From Alphaproteobacteria bacterium (GTDB lineage: Bacteria > Pseudomonadota > Alphaproteobacteria > UBA6615), in the NCBI GenBank assembly GCA_011087645.1, contig JAALLF010000004.1, forward strand, positions 76,987 to 140,986: DNA of 64,000 bases, in the 5' to 3' direction. Shown one piece after another: positions 30,575-40,826 of this stretch. The notes below the pieces were generated by a model. The model did not search any database, was not told the origin of the DNA, and saw only the letters and a list, made by a program, of their open reading frames with translations. How positions within the stretch are numbered: the first letter of the stretch is position 1; every line of letters begins with the position of its first letter. The translations under genes were made by a program, and so were the position numbers.

Positions 30575-31579
30575 TTAGTCGGCAGCCATCGGCATGCAAG
30601 CTTCCGCGTTCAATCCTTCGAGGAAGTGCACAATACCGCGGTCATGCCACCGGCCACCACGTCCATGAAAACCAACATGCCCGCCGCTGGGCGTGATCAC
30701 CGGCATCAGGTGATCGTTCGTCGACCAATCGACCGCGTGATACATCTCGACCGGTATCCAGGGATCGTTCGCGGCGTGAATGAGCATCGTCGGTATTTTG
30801 ATCCCATCGAGAAATTGCGCCGCGGAGCTTTGCGCGTAGTAATCGTCGGCGTCGGCAAAACCATTCAGCGGCGCCACCACTCTGTCATCGAGGGTATAGA
30901 TCGTCTTCGAGCGGCGCACCGCTTCTATTTGCTGGTTATCGAGGATCGAGGGACCGCCAAGCCATTCGCGCTTAGTGTTGGAAACAAGCCAGCGGTGATA
31001 AACGATATTTCGTGCCGCGTTTATGCGTTGGGTGGCGAGGCCAAGATCGATCGGCGCCGATATGGAAATAGCGGCATCGAGAGGCGTCACCGTTCCCTCC
31101 TCGCCCAAATATTTCATCAACACGCTTCCGCCGAGCGAAAAGCCGACGGCAGCCAGGCCGTTTACAGTAAGCCGCCGCGGAATGTCGCCGAGCACGCGTC
31201 GCACATCTTCGCTGCGCCCGGCATGATACATTTCCTGACACGCTGAGCGCGTCGGCCCTGCACCGCGAAGGTTAAGGCGCATCACTGGGAATCCGCTTTC
31301 CAGCAGATGCCGCGCCGTCGCCAAGACATAAGCGCTATCTGCACAGCCGGTAAAACCATGGATCAGCAGCACCGTGGGGAGTTTGCGGTCATTGGCCGGC
31401 CGATGGAACGACGCGCTCAATCGGTCACCGCTCTCCATGGGAAAGAAAAACGCCTCTGCCGGCCAGGCTTTTAGTTCCGCATAGTCATGCAGCACATGGT
31501 TGCGCACGGTCTGCAGATCCGGCCCCCACCAGGGAAAACGTGCGCGAAATGGCGGAAAGGATTCCGGAATACCAATCAT
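30575..31579 (-). CDS. YheT-family alpha/beta hydrolase
   Basis: DLQT, HGFTG, YHAGRSED, GFSLGG nucleophile elbow, AANDPW, GGHVGF; ATG overlaps the upstream stop. Confidence 0.88.
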   Translation of the reverse strand: MIGIPESFPPFRARFPWWGPDLQTVRNHVLHDYAELKAWPAEAFFFPMESGDRLSASFHRPANDRKLPTVLLIHGFTGCADSAYVLATARHLLESGFPVMRLNLRGAGPTRSACQEMYHAGRSEDVRRVLGDIPRRLTVNGLAAVGFSLGGSVLMKYLGEEGTVTPLDAAISISAPIDLGLATQRINAARNIVYHRWLVSNTKREWLGGPSILDNQQIEAVRRSKTIYTLDDRVVAPLNGFADADDYYAQSSAAQFLDGIKIPTMLIHAANDPWIPVEMYHAVDWSTNDHLMPVITPSGGHVGFHGRGGRWHDRGIVHFLEGLNAEACMPMAAD

Positions 31580-32418
31580 GCGCCGAGAAATCCTCGAATA
31601 GCGGCAATTTGACCATCCGCCTGCAAGGCGGGGGCATGGCCGATGCCGGTGAACTCGAGCAGCTCCGCCTCGGGGCCGCGGCGGGTCATCTCCGACGCCG
31701 TATCGGATAGCAGGATGTCGGACTCCGCACCACGCAGTACCAAGACCGGGCACGAAATTGCATCCCAAAAAGACCATATATCGACATCGATCATCGGTCC
31801 GTGGCGAAAGGCGTCGGTTATCGCAGGGTCGTAGGAGGGACTTATCGTACCATCATCGTTTTGACGCGCCCCGTGGGTTGCCATGCGTTGCCACTGCTCG
31901 TCGCTTAAGGGGCCAAACGGCGCATATACTTTCCGTAGATAGGACTCGAAGGCCATCATATCAGCGAATTTATTGTCGCCGACCATGTACGCCCCAATAC
32001 GTTCCAGCGCGACTTTGGGAACAAACGGACCGATATCATTGATCACCAATCGGCGTATCGGGCTGTCCGGCATAGCTGCCAGCATGATGCCAATAAGACC
32101 CCCCATCGAGGTTCCGACCCAATCGATGCGATCGACGCCAAGCCGGGCGATCAACGCATTCGCGTCCGCCATATACTGGGCATAGTTGTAACCAGCCGCA
32201 TCCGCCAACCAGCCGCTTTGCCCACGCCCAACGACGTCGAGGCAGGCCACGCGGTGGGACGATTGCAAATTTCCCGCCAGAGCATCGAAGCTGCGAGCAT
32301 TTTGGCTCAGTCCATGGACGCACACGATTGTGCCATCGTCGGGACTTCCCCATTCCGTATAATGGAGCCGGTGAAAGCCTTTTGGATTTAAACCAAGAAA
32401 TGAACGTGACCGCATCAA
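31576..32418 (-). CDS. Alpha/beta fold hydrolase
   Basis: CVHGL, DVVGRGQS, GTSMGG, NDIGP, RGAESD, GHAP. Confidence 0.9.
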   Translation of the reverse strand: MMRSRSFLGLNPKGFHRLHYTEWGSPDDGTIVCVHGLSQNARSFDALAGNLQSSHRVACLDVVGRGQSGWLADAAGYNYAQYMADANALIARLGVDRIDWVGTSMGGLIGIMLAAMPDSPIRRLVINDIGPFVPKVALERIGAYMVGDNKFADMMAFESYLRKVYAPFGPLSDEQWQRMATHGARQNDDGTISPSYDPAITDAFRHGPMIDVDIWSFWDAISCPVLVLRGAESDILLSDTASEMTRRGPEAELLEFTGIGHAPALQADGQIAAIRGFLGA

Positions 32419-32512
32419 AGCGCGTCTCTACCTTAATCGAACAACTGAAGACATGACGTTTGCAGCCCCCTAGAGCAGCATGCAGCCATGGGGTCAAGAT
32501 ACGGAGGACACG

Positions 32513-32962
32513 ATGACGGAAATTTTAGTCGAACCGCCCCGCCCGGAGGACAAGGAGAGCTGGCGCGAACTCTTCGAAGGTTACCAGAATTTTTACAAGG
32601 TGCCGGAAAACCCACAGGTCGCCGAAACGGTTTGGCAATGGATTCACGACCCGGCCCATGCCACAGAATGCCTACTGGCACGGGAAACATCTGGCGCGGT
32701 CGTCGGTCTAGCGCACTTTCGAGATCTGCCACGGCCGCTTTCCGGGACCACGGCCGGGTTTCTCGACGATTTGTTCGTCACGCCCGAGGCGCGCGGCAGC
32801 GGCGCCGCCGACGCCTTGATCGCGGCGGTCAGCGCCATTGGCCGCGAACGGGGTTGGTCCTGGCTGCGCTGGTTCACAGCCGAAGACAATCACCGCGCCC
32901 GCGCCTTCTACGATCGGGTTGCTTATCTAAGCCAATGGCAGACTTATCAAGTCGATCTTTAG
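32513..32962 (+). CDS. GNAT family N-acetyltransferase
   Basis: LDDLFVTPEARGSG, WFTAEDNHRARAFYD; GGAGG RBS. Confidence 0.88.
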   Translation: MTEILVEPPRPEDKESWRELFEGYQNFYKVPENPQVAETVWQWIHDPAHATECLLARETSGAVVGLAHFRDLPRPLSGTTAGFLDDLFVTPEARGSGAADALIAAVSAIGRERGWSWLRWFTAEDNHRARAFYDRVAYLSQWQTYQVDL

Positions 32963-32972
32963 GATAATCGCT

Positions 32973-35363
32973 TTGCGGAAAACCGTTCGATATCTGGGAT
33001 ATGCCGTCGCCGGCTTAGCGGGGCTGGTGATCGTTATTTTCATCACCGTCGCGGTGGGGAGCGCAATCATCCTCGACACAAGCGTTCCCGAATATACGGG
33101 CCGCGACCGGATTGCTCAATTGGATGGTTCCGTAACGGTTATCCGTGACCGCAATGCGGTTCCCCACATCTTCGCCGACACCTCGCTCGACGCTTACCGG
33201 GCGCTCGGTTACCTCCACGCCCAAGACCGCTTTTTCCAGATGGAGATGGCACGGCGCATTGGAACCGGTCGGCTATCGGAATTGATCGGCGCCACAGGTC
33301 TGCGCACCGATCGTTTCATGCGCACCCTGGGCATTGGCGCACTAGCCGACGCGGCGGTCGCCAATGCCGCACCGGAAACGCGTGAGGTTCTCGATGCCTA
33401 TACCGACGGTGTGAACGCCTGGCTCGACTCGCCCCATACGGGCCGGCCGCCGGAACTGATCTTTTTGGCCGAACAGCCGAGGCCCTGGCGCGCCGCCGAC
33501 AGCGCGATCTGGGGCCGACTGATGGCCTTGCTGTTATCGGGCAATTGGACCGATGAGTTGCTGCGATCGCAATTAGCCGCACGACTGGCTCCGGAACAAA
33601 TCAACGATTTATGGCCTGGCGAACCGGGGAACACCCCCACGACGCTGGCCGACCTGGGCGGCCAACTCAACCTCGCTGATATCGACAGGGCTATTCCGGA
33701 ATTTCTATTTCAGGCCAGCGCCTCCAACCAGTGGGTGGTTGACGGCGATCGCAGCACCAGTGGCAAGCCTTTGCTGGCTAACGACCCCCATCTCGGATTC
33801 ATGGCGCCGGGCATGTGGTATTTGGCTCGCATCGTGACGCCGGATTTCACCGGCGCCGGGGCCACATTACCCGGCCAGCCTTTCTTCGCGGTCGGCCACA
33901 ACAGCGATCTCGCCTGGGGCTTCACCACCACCCATGCCGACACTCAGGATTTATTCATCGAGCGCCTCAATCCCGACGATCCGAGCCACTATCTGGTACC
34001 CGGCGGCAGCCTGCCCTTCGAGATACGGCGCGAAGAAATATCGGTTCGTTTTCGCAGCGAACCGGAAATACTGAATGTTCGCAAAACGCGCCACGGCCCG
34101 GTCATATCGGACATCAGCTCTACTGCCGCGACGGTGGCGCCGGCAGGCCATGTATTGGCCCTCGCCTTCCCGGCATTACGGTCCGATGATCGAACCGCCG
34201 ACGCGCTGTTCGGCATCAACCGCGCCAAGACCCGCGATGAGCTGATGACCGTGTTGGCGCAGTTCCACTCGCCGATGCAAAATATGGTCTACGCCTTCAC
34301 CAATGGCGATATCGGTTTTGTGGCGCCGGCACGCGTTCCCCTTCGCAAAAGCGGTGACGGGCGGACGCCAGTTCCCGGATGGACCGGCGATCACGATTGG
34401 CAGGGCTTTATCCCCTTTGCCGAATTGCCCCAGCAGCACAATCCGACGCGGGGCTGGATTGCCAACGCGAATAATCGCGTGGTCGACAACGAGTACCCCT
34501 ACTTGATCACCCCCGATTGGCCAGAGGGCTACCGGGCGCAGCGTGTCTCGCGGTTGCTCGGAAACGCCGCCCAACATGACAGCGACAGCTTCGCCACCAT
34601 ACAAAGCGATATCGTCTCGCCGGCCGCGACAGAACTGTTGCCGTTACTGTTGCGTCATCTCGACCCGCCCCACGATGCCGTTTCCCAACAAGCGATCGAC
34701 CTGTTGCGCGACTGGGATAGCGCCATGGCGCGCGCTCAGCCCCAACCCTTAATATTCACCACCTGGCTGCAATCGCTCGGGACTGAACTTTACGATGACG
34801 AGTTAGGACCGCTGGCGCCGCGCTACGGCGGTGTTCGCCCCCGCGTGGTGCAACGCATGTTGAATGAGCGTCCCGATTGGTGCGACGACATCGATACGAC
34901 GGCGACCGAGGACTGTAGAGCGGTGGTTACCGCGGCGTTTACAGCTGCCATCGACGATCTGCGTGAACGGCTGAGCGATGACCCCACGGCATGGCGCTGG
35001 GGCGACCTTCATGTGGCGCGCTTCGAACATCCGATACTGCGTCGAATTCCAGTCTTGGGCGACTTATTCGCGGTGACAATCGCCACCAGTGGCGGGGACT
35101 TCACCATCAACCGAGGCACTCCACGGGTGACGAATAAGAGCCCGTTTACTCACGTCCATGGCGCCGGACTCCGGGCGATCTTCGATCTTTCCGATCTCGA
35201 TAATTCGCGCCTGATGATCGCTACCGGGCAATCGGGACATGTCCGCTCACCCTACTTCGCTAACACCACGGTCGATTGGCGCGACGGACGCTATCTCGTG
35301 TTAAAAGGTGATCCTATGAATGTACGTGACAGGACAACCGGCGAGTTGATTCTCGAGCCATGA
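32973..35363 (+). CDS. Penicillin acylase family (Ntn hydrolase) protein, membrane anchored
   Basis: N-terminal TM, VPHI, HAQDRFFQM, beta-subunit start SNQWVV, LLANDPHL, TRHGPV, ANAN, GQSGH. Confidence 0.92.
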   Translation: MRKTVRYLGYAVAGLAGLVIVIFITVAVGSAIILDTSVPEYTGRDRIAQLDGSVTVIRDRNAVPHIFADTSLDAYRALGYLHAQDRFFQMEMARRIGTGRLSELIGATGLRTDRFMRTLGIGALADAAVANAAPETREVLDAYTDGVNAWLDSPHTGRPPELIFLAEQPRPWRAADSAIWGRLMALLLSGNWTDELLRSQLAARLAPEQINDLWPGEPGNTPTTLADLGGQLNLADIDRAIPEFLFQASASNQWVVDGDRSTSGKPLLANDPHLGFMAPGMWYLARIVTPDFTGAGATLPGQPFFAVGHNSDLAWGFTTTHADTQDLFIERLNPDDPSHYLVPGGSLPFEIRREEISVRFRSEPEILNVRKTRHGPVISDISSTAATVAPAGHVLALAFPALRSDDRTADALFGINRAKTRDELMTVLAQFHSPMQNMVYAFTNGDIGFVAPARVPLRKSGDGRTPVPGWTGDHDWQGFIPFAELPQQHNPTRGWIANANNRVVDNEYPYLITPDWPEGYRAQRVSRLLGNAAQHDSDSFATIQSDIVSPAATELLPLLLRHLDPPHDAVSQQAIDLLRDWDSAMARAQPQPLIFTTWLQSLGTELYDDELGPLAPRYGGVRPRVVQRMLNERPDWCDDIDTTATEDCRAVVTAAFTAAIDDLRERLSDDPTAWRWGDLHVARFEHPILRRIPVLGDLFAVTIATSGGDFTINRGTPRVTNKSPFTHVHGAGLRAIFDLSDLDNSRLMIATGQSGHVRSPYFANTTVDWRDGRYLVLKGDPMNVRDRTTGELILEP

Positions 35364-36589
35364 CCATAACGCGCAAAGATATCGAGGCCGCGGCCACTGT
35401 CATTCAGGGCTCGGTGGTCCATACGCCAACTGTTCTGTCCCCGGGACTATCGCGGGTCGCCGGCATGGATCTGTATCTCAAGCTCGAGAACCTGCAGCAC
35501 ACTGGATCGTTCAAAGTGCGTGGCGCGCTCAACAAACTCACCAGCCTGCACCGCGAAGAGACCACCGGAATCATCGCTTGCTCCGCCGGCAATCATGGGC
35601 AAGGCGTTGCCTATTTTGCCGATAGGCTGGGTTTTCCCGCGACCATCGTCATGCCCAAGGATACGCCGTTCACGAAGATCGAACGAACCGAGCGCTACGG
35701 CGCTAAAGTGGTGTTGGAAGGTGATTCGCTCGCCGACGCTCAGGCATTTACCAATGACCTAGCATCGACAGAGAAGCTGACCTTCATCCATCCCTATGAT
35801 GACCCGCACGTCATCGCGGGCCAGGGCACGATCGGCCTTGAAATGCTCGCCGACTTGCCGGAGTTGGATACCATCGTTGTGCCGGTCGGCGGTGGCGGTC
35901 TGATCGCCGGCATCGCCACAGCGGCAAAAGCGATCAAGCCGGACATCCGGATCATCGGGGTCGAGACGGCGTCTTATCCATCAATGCGCGACGCCTTGGC
36001 TGGCCGACCAGTCACGGCTGGCGGCGCGACCCTGGCCGAGGGAATCGCGGTGAAGACACCGGGGGCGCACACCCTGCCCATCATCCGCAACTTGGTCGAC
36101 CAGATTATCGTGCTTGACGAGCTGGCTATCGAAAACGCCGTCGAGCTGATGGCCGATACTGGCCGGTTGGTGGTTGAAGGGGCCGGCGCGGTGCCGCTAG
36201 GGGCGGTCCTGGCTGAACCCGACCTGTTCCGCGACAGCGTCACCGGCCTGGTGGTCAGCGGCGGCAATATCGATATGCGGGTGCTCGCCTCGGTCCTGCT
36301 GCGCGGCTTGGTGCGGGGCGGCCAATTGGTACGACTGCGGATCCAAATCACCGATGCACCGGGTAATTTGGCCCAAGTGACCCAGATTATCGGCAAAGCC
36401 GGCGGTAATATCGTGGAGATCGTGCACCAACGCTTATTCTACGATGTGCCAGTAAAACAGACCGATATCGACGTTGTAATCGAGACCCGGAACGCCAGTC
36501 ATACCGCCGAAATTCAGGATAAGCTTGAAGGCGCCGGCTGGCCGACCTTTGCGCTCAGCGATATCGCCGCCTCGCCACCATCGTCCTAA
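35360..36589 (+). CDS. ilvA: Threonine ammonia-lyase with C-terminal ACT domain
   Basis: KLENLQHTGSFKVRGA, SAGNHGQG, GGGGL, SGGNID, DAPGNL. Confidence 0.88.
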   Translation: MTITRKDIEAAATVIQGSVVHTPTVLSPGLSRVAGMDLYLKLENLQHTGSFKVRGALNKLTSLHREETTGIIACSAGNHGQGVAYFADRLGFPATIVMPKDTPFTKIERTERYGAKVVLEGDSLADAQAFTNDLASTEKLTFIHPYDDPHVIAGQGTIGLEMLADLPELDTIVVPVGGGGLIAGIATAAKAIKPDIRIIGVETASYPSMRDALAGRPVTAGGATLAEGIAVKTPGAHTLPIIRNLVDQIIVLDELAIENAVELMADTGRLVVEGAGAVPLGAVLAEPDLFRDSVTGLVVSGGNIDMRVLASVLLRGLVRGGQLVRLRIQITDAPGNLAQVTQIIGKAGGNIVEIVHQRLFYDVPVKQTDIDVVIETRNASHTAEIQDKLEGAGWPTFALSDIAASPPSS

Positions 36590-36602
36590 ACGGCTTTTTA
36601 AC
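36587..36602 (+). promoter_or_regulatory. Candidate CtrA site upstream of motA
   Basis: TAAA-cggcttt-TTAAC (one mismatch to TTAA-N7-TTAAC), 60 bp before the motA ATG. Confidence 0.4.
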
Positions 36603-36661
36603 CACTCTCACGCAATCTAGCCCAAACTAAATGCCGCAGAATTCAGCGGGTTGGGATTACT

Positions 36662-37522
36662 ATGTTTGTATTAATCGGGTGGGTCATCGTCGCCGCTTCC
36701 GTTTTGGGAGGATATGTCGCCTTGGGCGGCAAGCTCATCGTGCTGTATCAGCCGTTCGAGTTGGTGATCATTGGCGGCGCGGCTGTTGGCGCCTTTATCG
36801 CCGGCAATCCGAAATGGGTCATCAAATCAACTGGCGGGGCTGTAAAGACCGCCTTTAAGGGGCCGGCGAAAAGTAAGGACGATTATCTCGAATTACTATC
36901 GATGATGTACGCCACCTTCAAGTTGGCGAAGACCAAGGGCAATCTCGAACTCGAACAACATATCGAGAACCCGGAAGAAAGCACCCTATTCTCAAATTTC
37001 CCCGGCTTCCTGAGCGACCATCATGCGGTAGAGTTTTTCTGCGATTACTTGCGCCTGGTCACGCTCGGCACCGAGAAAGCCCATGAACTCGAAGCGTTGA
37101 TGGATGAAGAAATTGAAATCCATCATCATCAAGACGAAACGGTCGCCAGCGCCATGCAGGGCATGGCCGACGGTTTTCCCGCGCTGGGGATTGTCGCGGC
37201 CGTGTTGGGCATTATCAAAACCATGGGCTCGATCACCGAACCGCCGGAAATTCTCGGCAAGCTGATCGGTGGCGCGCTGGTCGGTACGTTCTTGGGCATT
37301 CTCTTGGCCTATGGGTTTGTCGCGCCCCTGGCGACCGCGATCAAAGGCGCGCAAGAAGCCAATAGCAAATATATCGTCTGCCTCAAGGCCGGCATCCTGG
37401 CCCATGTCCAAGGTTATGCCCCGGCAGTGTCGGTCGAGTTCGCCCGCAAGGCCTTGATGTCAGGCGAACGTCCCACCTTCGCCGAGCTGGAAGAAGCGAC
37501 CGCAGCCGCACCGACCGCTTAA
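36662..37522 (+). CDS. motA: Flagellar stator protein MotA
   Basis: QPFELVIIGGA, LEQHIENP, PALGIVAAVLG, ALVGTFLGILLAYG, VEFARK. Confidence 0.95.
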   Translation: MFVLIGWVIVAASVLGGYVALGGKLIVLYQPFELVIIGGAAVGAFIAGNPKWVIKSTGGAVKTAFKGPAKSKDDYLELLSMMYATFKLAKTKGNLELEQHIENPEESTLFSNFPGFLSDHHAVEFFCDYLRLVTLGTEKAHELEALMDEEIEIHHHQDETVASAMQGMADGFPALGIVAAVLGIIKTMGSITEPPEILGKLIGGALVGTFLGILLAYGFVAPLATAIKGAQEANSKYIVCLKAGILAHVQGYAPAVSVEFARKALMSGERPTFAELEEATAAAPTA

Positions 37523-37549
37523 GGCAAAGCGGCAAACGATAGTGACTTT

Positions 37550-38593
37550 ATGACGGATCTCCTCGATCAACCGATCATAATCAAGAAGGTCAAGAAGGGT
37601 GGCCATGGCCACCATGGCGGCGCGTGGAAAGTCGCCTATGCCGATTTCGTGACCGCCATGATGGCGTTCTTTCTGTTGCTGTGGTTGCTCAACGCGACCA
37701 CCGAAGAACAGAAAAGCGGCCTCGCCGACTATTTCTCGCCGGCCTCGGTATCCAGCACGGGCAGCGGCTCGGGCGGTGTCTTGGGTGGACAATCGATCAG
37801 CGTCGAGGGCAATCAGGTTTCTGCCGGCGGCCCAACCGAAGGCGGCGCTACCCTGCCGATCCCGCCGAGCCAGACCCCCCCGGCGGAAGTCGAAAGTGAC
37901 GATCCGGACGCCGAAGTGGTCGACTCCGATACCGCCGAAGAAGTGGTGCAAGAAAGTGTCGACGAGTTACTTGCCCGGCACGAACAGGAACAATTCGAGG
38001 CGGCGGAGGACAGTTTACGCGACGCCATCGAATCCATCCCCGAGCTCGAGGCGTTGCAAGACAGTCTTGTCATTGAGCAAACGCCTGAAGGCCTGCGTAT
38101 CCAGCTAATCGATCAGGCCGGCTATCCGATGTTCGCATCGGGCAGCGCGAACGCAAACGAGCAACTCATCCAACTGATCGGACTGGTTACCCAAATAGTG
38201 ACCCAACTGCCCAATAAGCTCGCCATTTCTGGTCACACCGATAGCGTCCCGTTCCGCAACGCTGATGGCTATACCAACTGGGAATTGAGTTCTGACCGGG
38301 CCAATGCCGCGCGCCGTCTGTTGGTCGAAGGCGGACTGGATGAGGAACGGGTCGCCAACGTGCAGGGCCGCTCCGCGACGGAACCATTTGTGCCCGAAGA
38401 CACGACCGATCCGAGCAATCGACGCATCAGCATCGTCTTGTTGCGCGAAAATACGCCTGGGGCCCCCATATTCGACGAAAATTCCGGGCCCACGATCTTC
38501 TCTGACGAACGCGAGGTCGAGCGAGCGCCGGCACCTAAGCGAGAGGTCCCGCTGGAAGACGCCCGCACTCAAAACATTAGCCCTCGCGGTTAA
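37550..38593 (+). CDS. motB: Flagellar stator protein MotB
   Basis: HHGGAWKVAYADFVTAMMAFF, GHTD, NWELSSDRA, NRRISI. Confidence 0.95.
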   Translation: MTDLLDQPIIIKKVKKGGHGHHGGAWKVAYADFVTAMMAFFLLLWLLNATTEEQKSGLADYFSPASVSSTGSGSGGVLGGQSISVEGNQVSAGGPTEGGATLPIPPSQTPPAEVESDDPDAEVVDSDTAEEVVQESVDELLARHEQEQFEAAEDSLRDAIESIPELEALQDSLVIEQTPEGLRIQLIDQAGYPMFASGSANANEQLIQLIGLVTQIVTQLPNKLAISGHTDSVPFRNADGYTNWELSSDRANAARRLLVEGGLDEERVANVQGRSATEPFVPEDTTDPSNRRISIVLLRENTPGAPIFDENSGPTIFSDEREVERAPAPKREVPLEDARTQNISPRG

Positions 38594-38705
38594 CCAAGTT
38601 TCAGGGAATTGCCGCAACTCGCGGTTATCGATAGAGTCTTGCCAAGTAACGCGCGCTCGCCGTCTAGAAGGAGCGCGTTTTGAGCAACAGTAATCCGTCG
38701 TATCG

Positions 38706-39422
38706 ATGACCAGCCACGCGTCAAAGCCTCCCCTCGTATTTTATCGGACCGGCCCGATGCCATGCCCTTACCTGGCAGGCAATGTCGAGCGCAATTTGTT
38801 TACCGAGCTGCGCGGCGTTCAGGCGCAAGAACAGCATGAAACCCTCACCCGGGCCGGATTTCGACGCTCGCACCACATTGTCTATCGGCCTGCCTGTCCT
38901 GGTTGTACCGGCTGCGTGCCGGTCCGCATCGTCGCCAAAGAATTTCGACCCACCCGTTCCGAACGCCGGATATTACGGCGCAACACGGATTTATCCGCCA
39001 CCCTGCTAGAACCCGTGGCGACCGACGAACATTACGCGGTATTCGCGGCCTATCAGCGCGAACGCCATGGCGACGGCGAAATGGCGGCGATGACGTTTTC
39101 GGATTTCCGCGCCATGGTGGAAGACACCGCCGTCGATACCCAGCTCGTCGAATTCCGAAATAGCGACGGTGAATTGATTGCCGGCTGCCTCGTCGACCGT
39201 ATTAGCGACGCTTTCTCGGCGGTCTATAGCTATTACGACCCCCGAAATTCCGATCGCAGCCTAGGTAATTTCATGATCCTGTGGCTTGTTGAAACCGCGG
39301 CGAGCGTCGGCCTGGATTACGTCTATCTAGGCTACTGGATCGAAGACTGTGAAAAGATGGCCTACAAAACCCGCTATCGGCCGATCGAGCTGATGGGTGA
39401 CACCGGCTGGCAAACTCTGTAG
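38706..39422 (+). CDS. bpt: Aspartate/glutamate leucyltransferase (Bpt, ATE-like arginyltransferase family)
   Basis: CPYL, GFRRS, YRPACPGC..C, SAVYSYYDP, SLG, YLGYWI, KMAYK. Confidence 0.88.
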   Translation: MTSHASKPPLVFYRTGPMPCPYLAGNVERNLFTELRGVQAQEQHETLTRAGFRRSHHIVYRPACPGCTGCVPVRIVAKEFRPTRSERRILRRNTDLSATLLEPVATDEHYAVFAAYQRERHGDGEMAAMTFSDFRAMVEDTAVDTQLVEFRNSDGELIAGCLVDRISDAFSAVYSYYDPRNSDRSLGNFMILWLVETAASVGLDYVYLGYWIEDCEKMAYKTRYRPIELMGDTGWQTL

Positions 39423-39629
39423 CGCCCCGCAAGACACTCCCCAACCACTACTACTATCGTCTAGGCCCCACCCCGTTGCCCAAGTTGTAGGGCTGCCCTA
39501 AGGTGCTTGGAAATCGATTGGCAGCAACGCCTTATACGCTGATCGAGATTCAATTTACCGAGGCGGCTTGTTTCCGTTGTCGAGCTGTCATCGGGTAATA
39601 ATCAATGACGAGAAGTGAGGGAGAATATC

Positions 39630-40769
39630 ATGCAACGTCGAGATTTTGTCGCAGGCGCCGCCGGTGTTGTTGTGGGTGCAGGTGCTACCGCAGCAGTATT
39701 GACACAACGCAAAGAAGAGCCAGCCCCCGTGGTCGCGGCTCCGGCCGCACCAGCGATTGTAAAAGATCGCATCGAGCTCGCGATGGTCACCACCTGGCCA
39801 CGCGATTTCCCCGGTCTAGGCACCGGCGCGCAGCGCATGGCGCAGCGCATGTCGGATATGAGCGATGGCCGCATTCAGGTGCAGTACTTCGCCGCCGGCG
39901 AGCGCGTTGGCGCGTTTGACTCGTTCGACGAAGTCGCCTCGGGCAACGCCCAGGGCTATCACGCTGCCGATTACTACTGGAAAGGCAAACATCCCGGTTG
40001 GGCGTATTTCACTTCTGTCCCCTTTGGTCTGACCTATACCGAGATGAACGCCTGGATCCGTTTCGGCGGTGGTCAGGAACTTTGGGACGAACTGGCGGGT
40101 CAATTCGATCTTAAGGGTGTCATGGCTGGTAGCACAGGCGTTCAGATGGGTGGCTGGTTCAATAAAGAGATCAACTCCGCCGACGACCTCAAAGGTCTCA
40201 AAATGCGTATCCCAGGTCTTGGCGGCGACGTCATGGCTAAGCTGGGCGCCTCACCGGTCTCGTTGCCGGGCGGTCAGATTTACGAAAATCTTGTTTCGGG
40301 CGCCATCGATGCCACCGAATGGGTTGGTCCGTGGAACGACAGTTTCATGAAGTTCTATGAAGCCGCTAAGTTCTACTACTTCCCAGGCATGCACGAGCCA
40401 GGCTCTATGCTAGCGTTCGGCATGAACGCATCGTTCTGGGGCACACTTTCGAAGAGTGACCAAACGCTCATCGAAGCTGCAGCGGCGATGGAGAACGACG
40501 TCATGATGTCCGAGTACAACGCCAAGAACGGCGCCTCGCTCGCGACACTCATTAAGGATCAGGGTGTGCAGTTGCGCGAATTCAACGACGAAATCTATGA
40601 CAGCTTCGGCAAAGCCGCCGATGAGGTCTTCGATGAAGTTCGCGCTCATAGCGACCTTGCCAACCGCATCCACGAGAGCTTCTTGAAATCTCGTTCGGAA
40701 GTTGGTGGCTGGGCGAACATTTCCGATGTTGCCTATCTGCGTCAGCGCAACCGCGTTCTCGGTCTGTAG
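39630..40769 (+). CDS. dctP: TRAP transporter substrate-binding protein (DctP/TakP-like, Tat signal)
   Basis: QRRDFV twin-Arg signal, AAPAI, QMGGWFNKEI, KMRIPGLG, IDATEWVGP, PGMHEP. Confidence 0.92.
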   Translation: MQRRDFVAGAAGVVVGAGATAAVLTQRKEEPAPVVAAPAAPAIVKDRIELAMVTTWPRDFPGLGTGAQRMAQRMSDMSDGRIQVQYFAAGERVGAFDSFDEVASGNAQGYHAADYYWKGKHPGWAYFTSVPFGLTYTEMNAWIRFGGGQELWDELAGQFDLKGVMAGSTGVQMGGWFNKEINSADDLKGLKMRIPGLGGDVMAKLGASPVSLPGGQIYENLVSGAIDATEWVGPWNDSFMKFYEAAKFYYFPGMHEPGSMLAFGMNASFWGTLSKSDQTLIEAAAAMENDVMMSEYNAKNGASLATLIKDQGVQLREFNDEIYDSFGKAADEVFDEVRAHSDLANRIHESFLKSRSEVGGWANISDVAYLRQRNRVLGL

Positions 40770-40798
40770 TCCGGAACCGTTGCGAGCTGAATGCGAAA

Positions 40799-40826
40799 GA
40801 AAGCGGAGCCCTCGGGCTCCGCTTTC
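40799..40826 (+). terminator. Stem-loop after dctP (terminator or mRNA stabiliser)
   Basis: GAAAGCGGAGCCC-tc-GGGCTCCGCTTTC. Confidence 0.65.
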
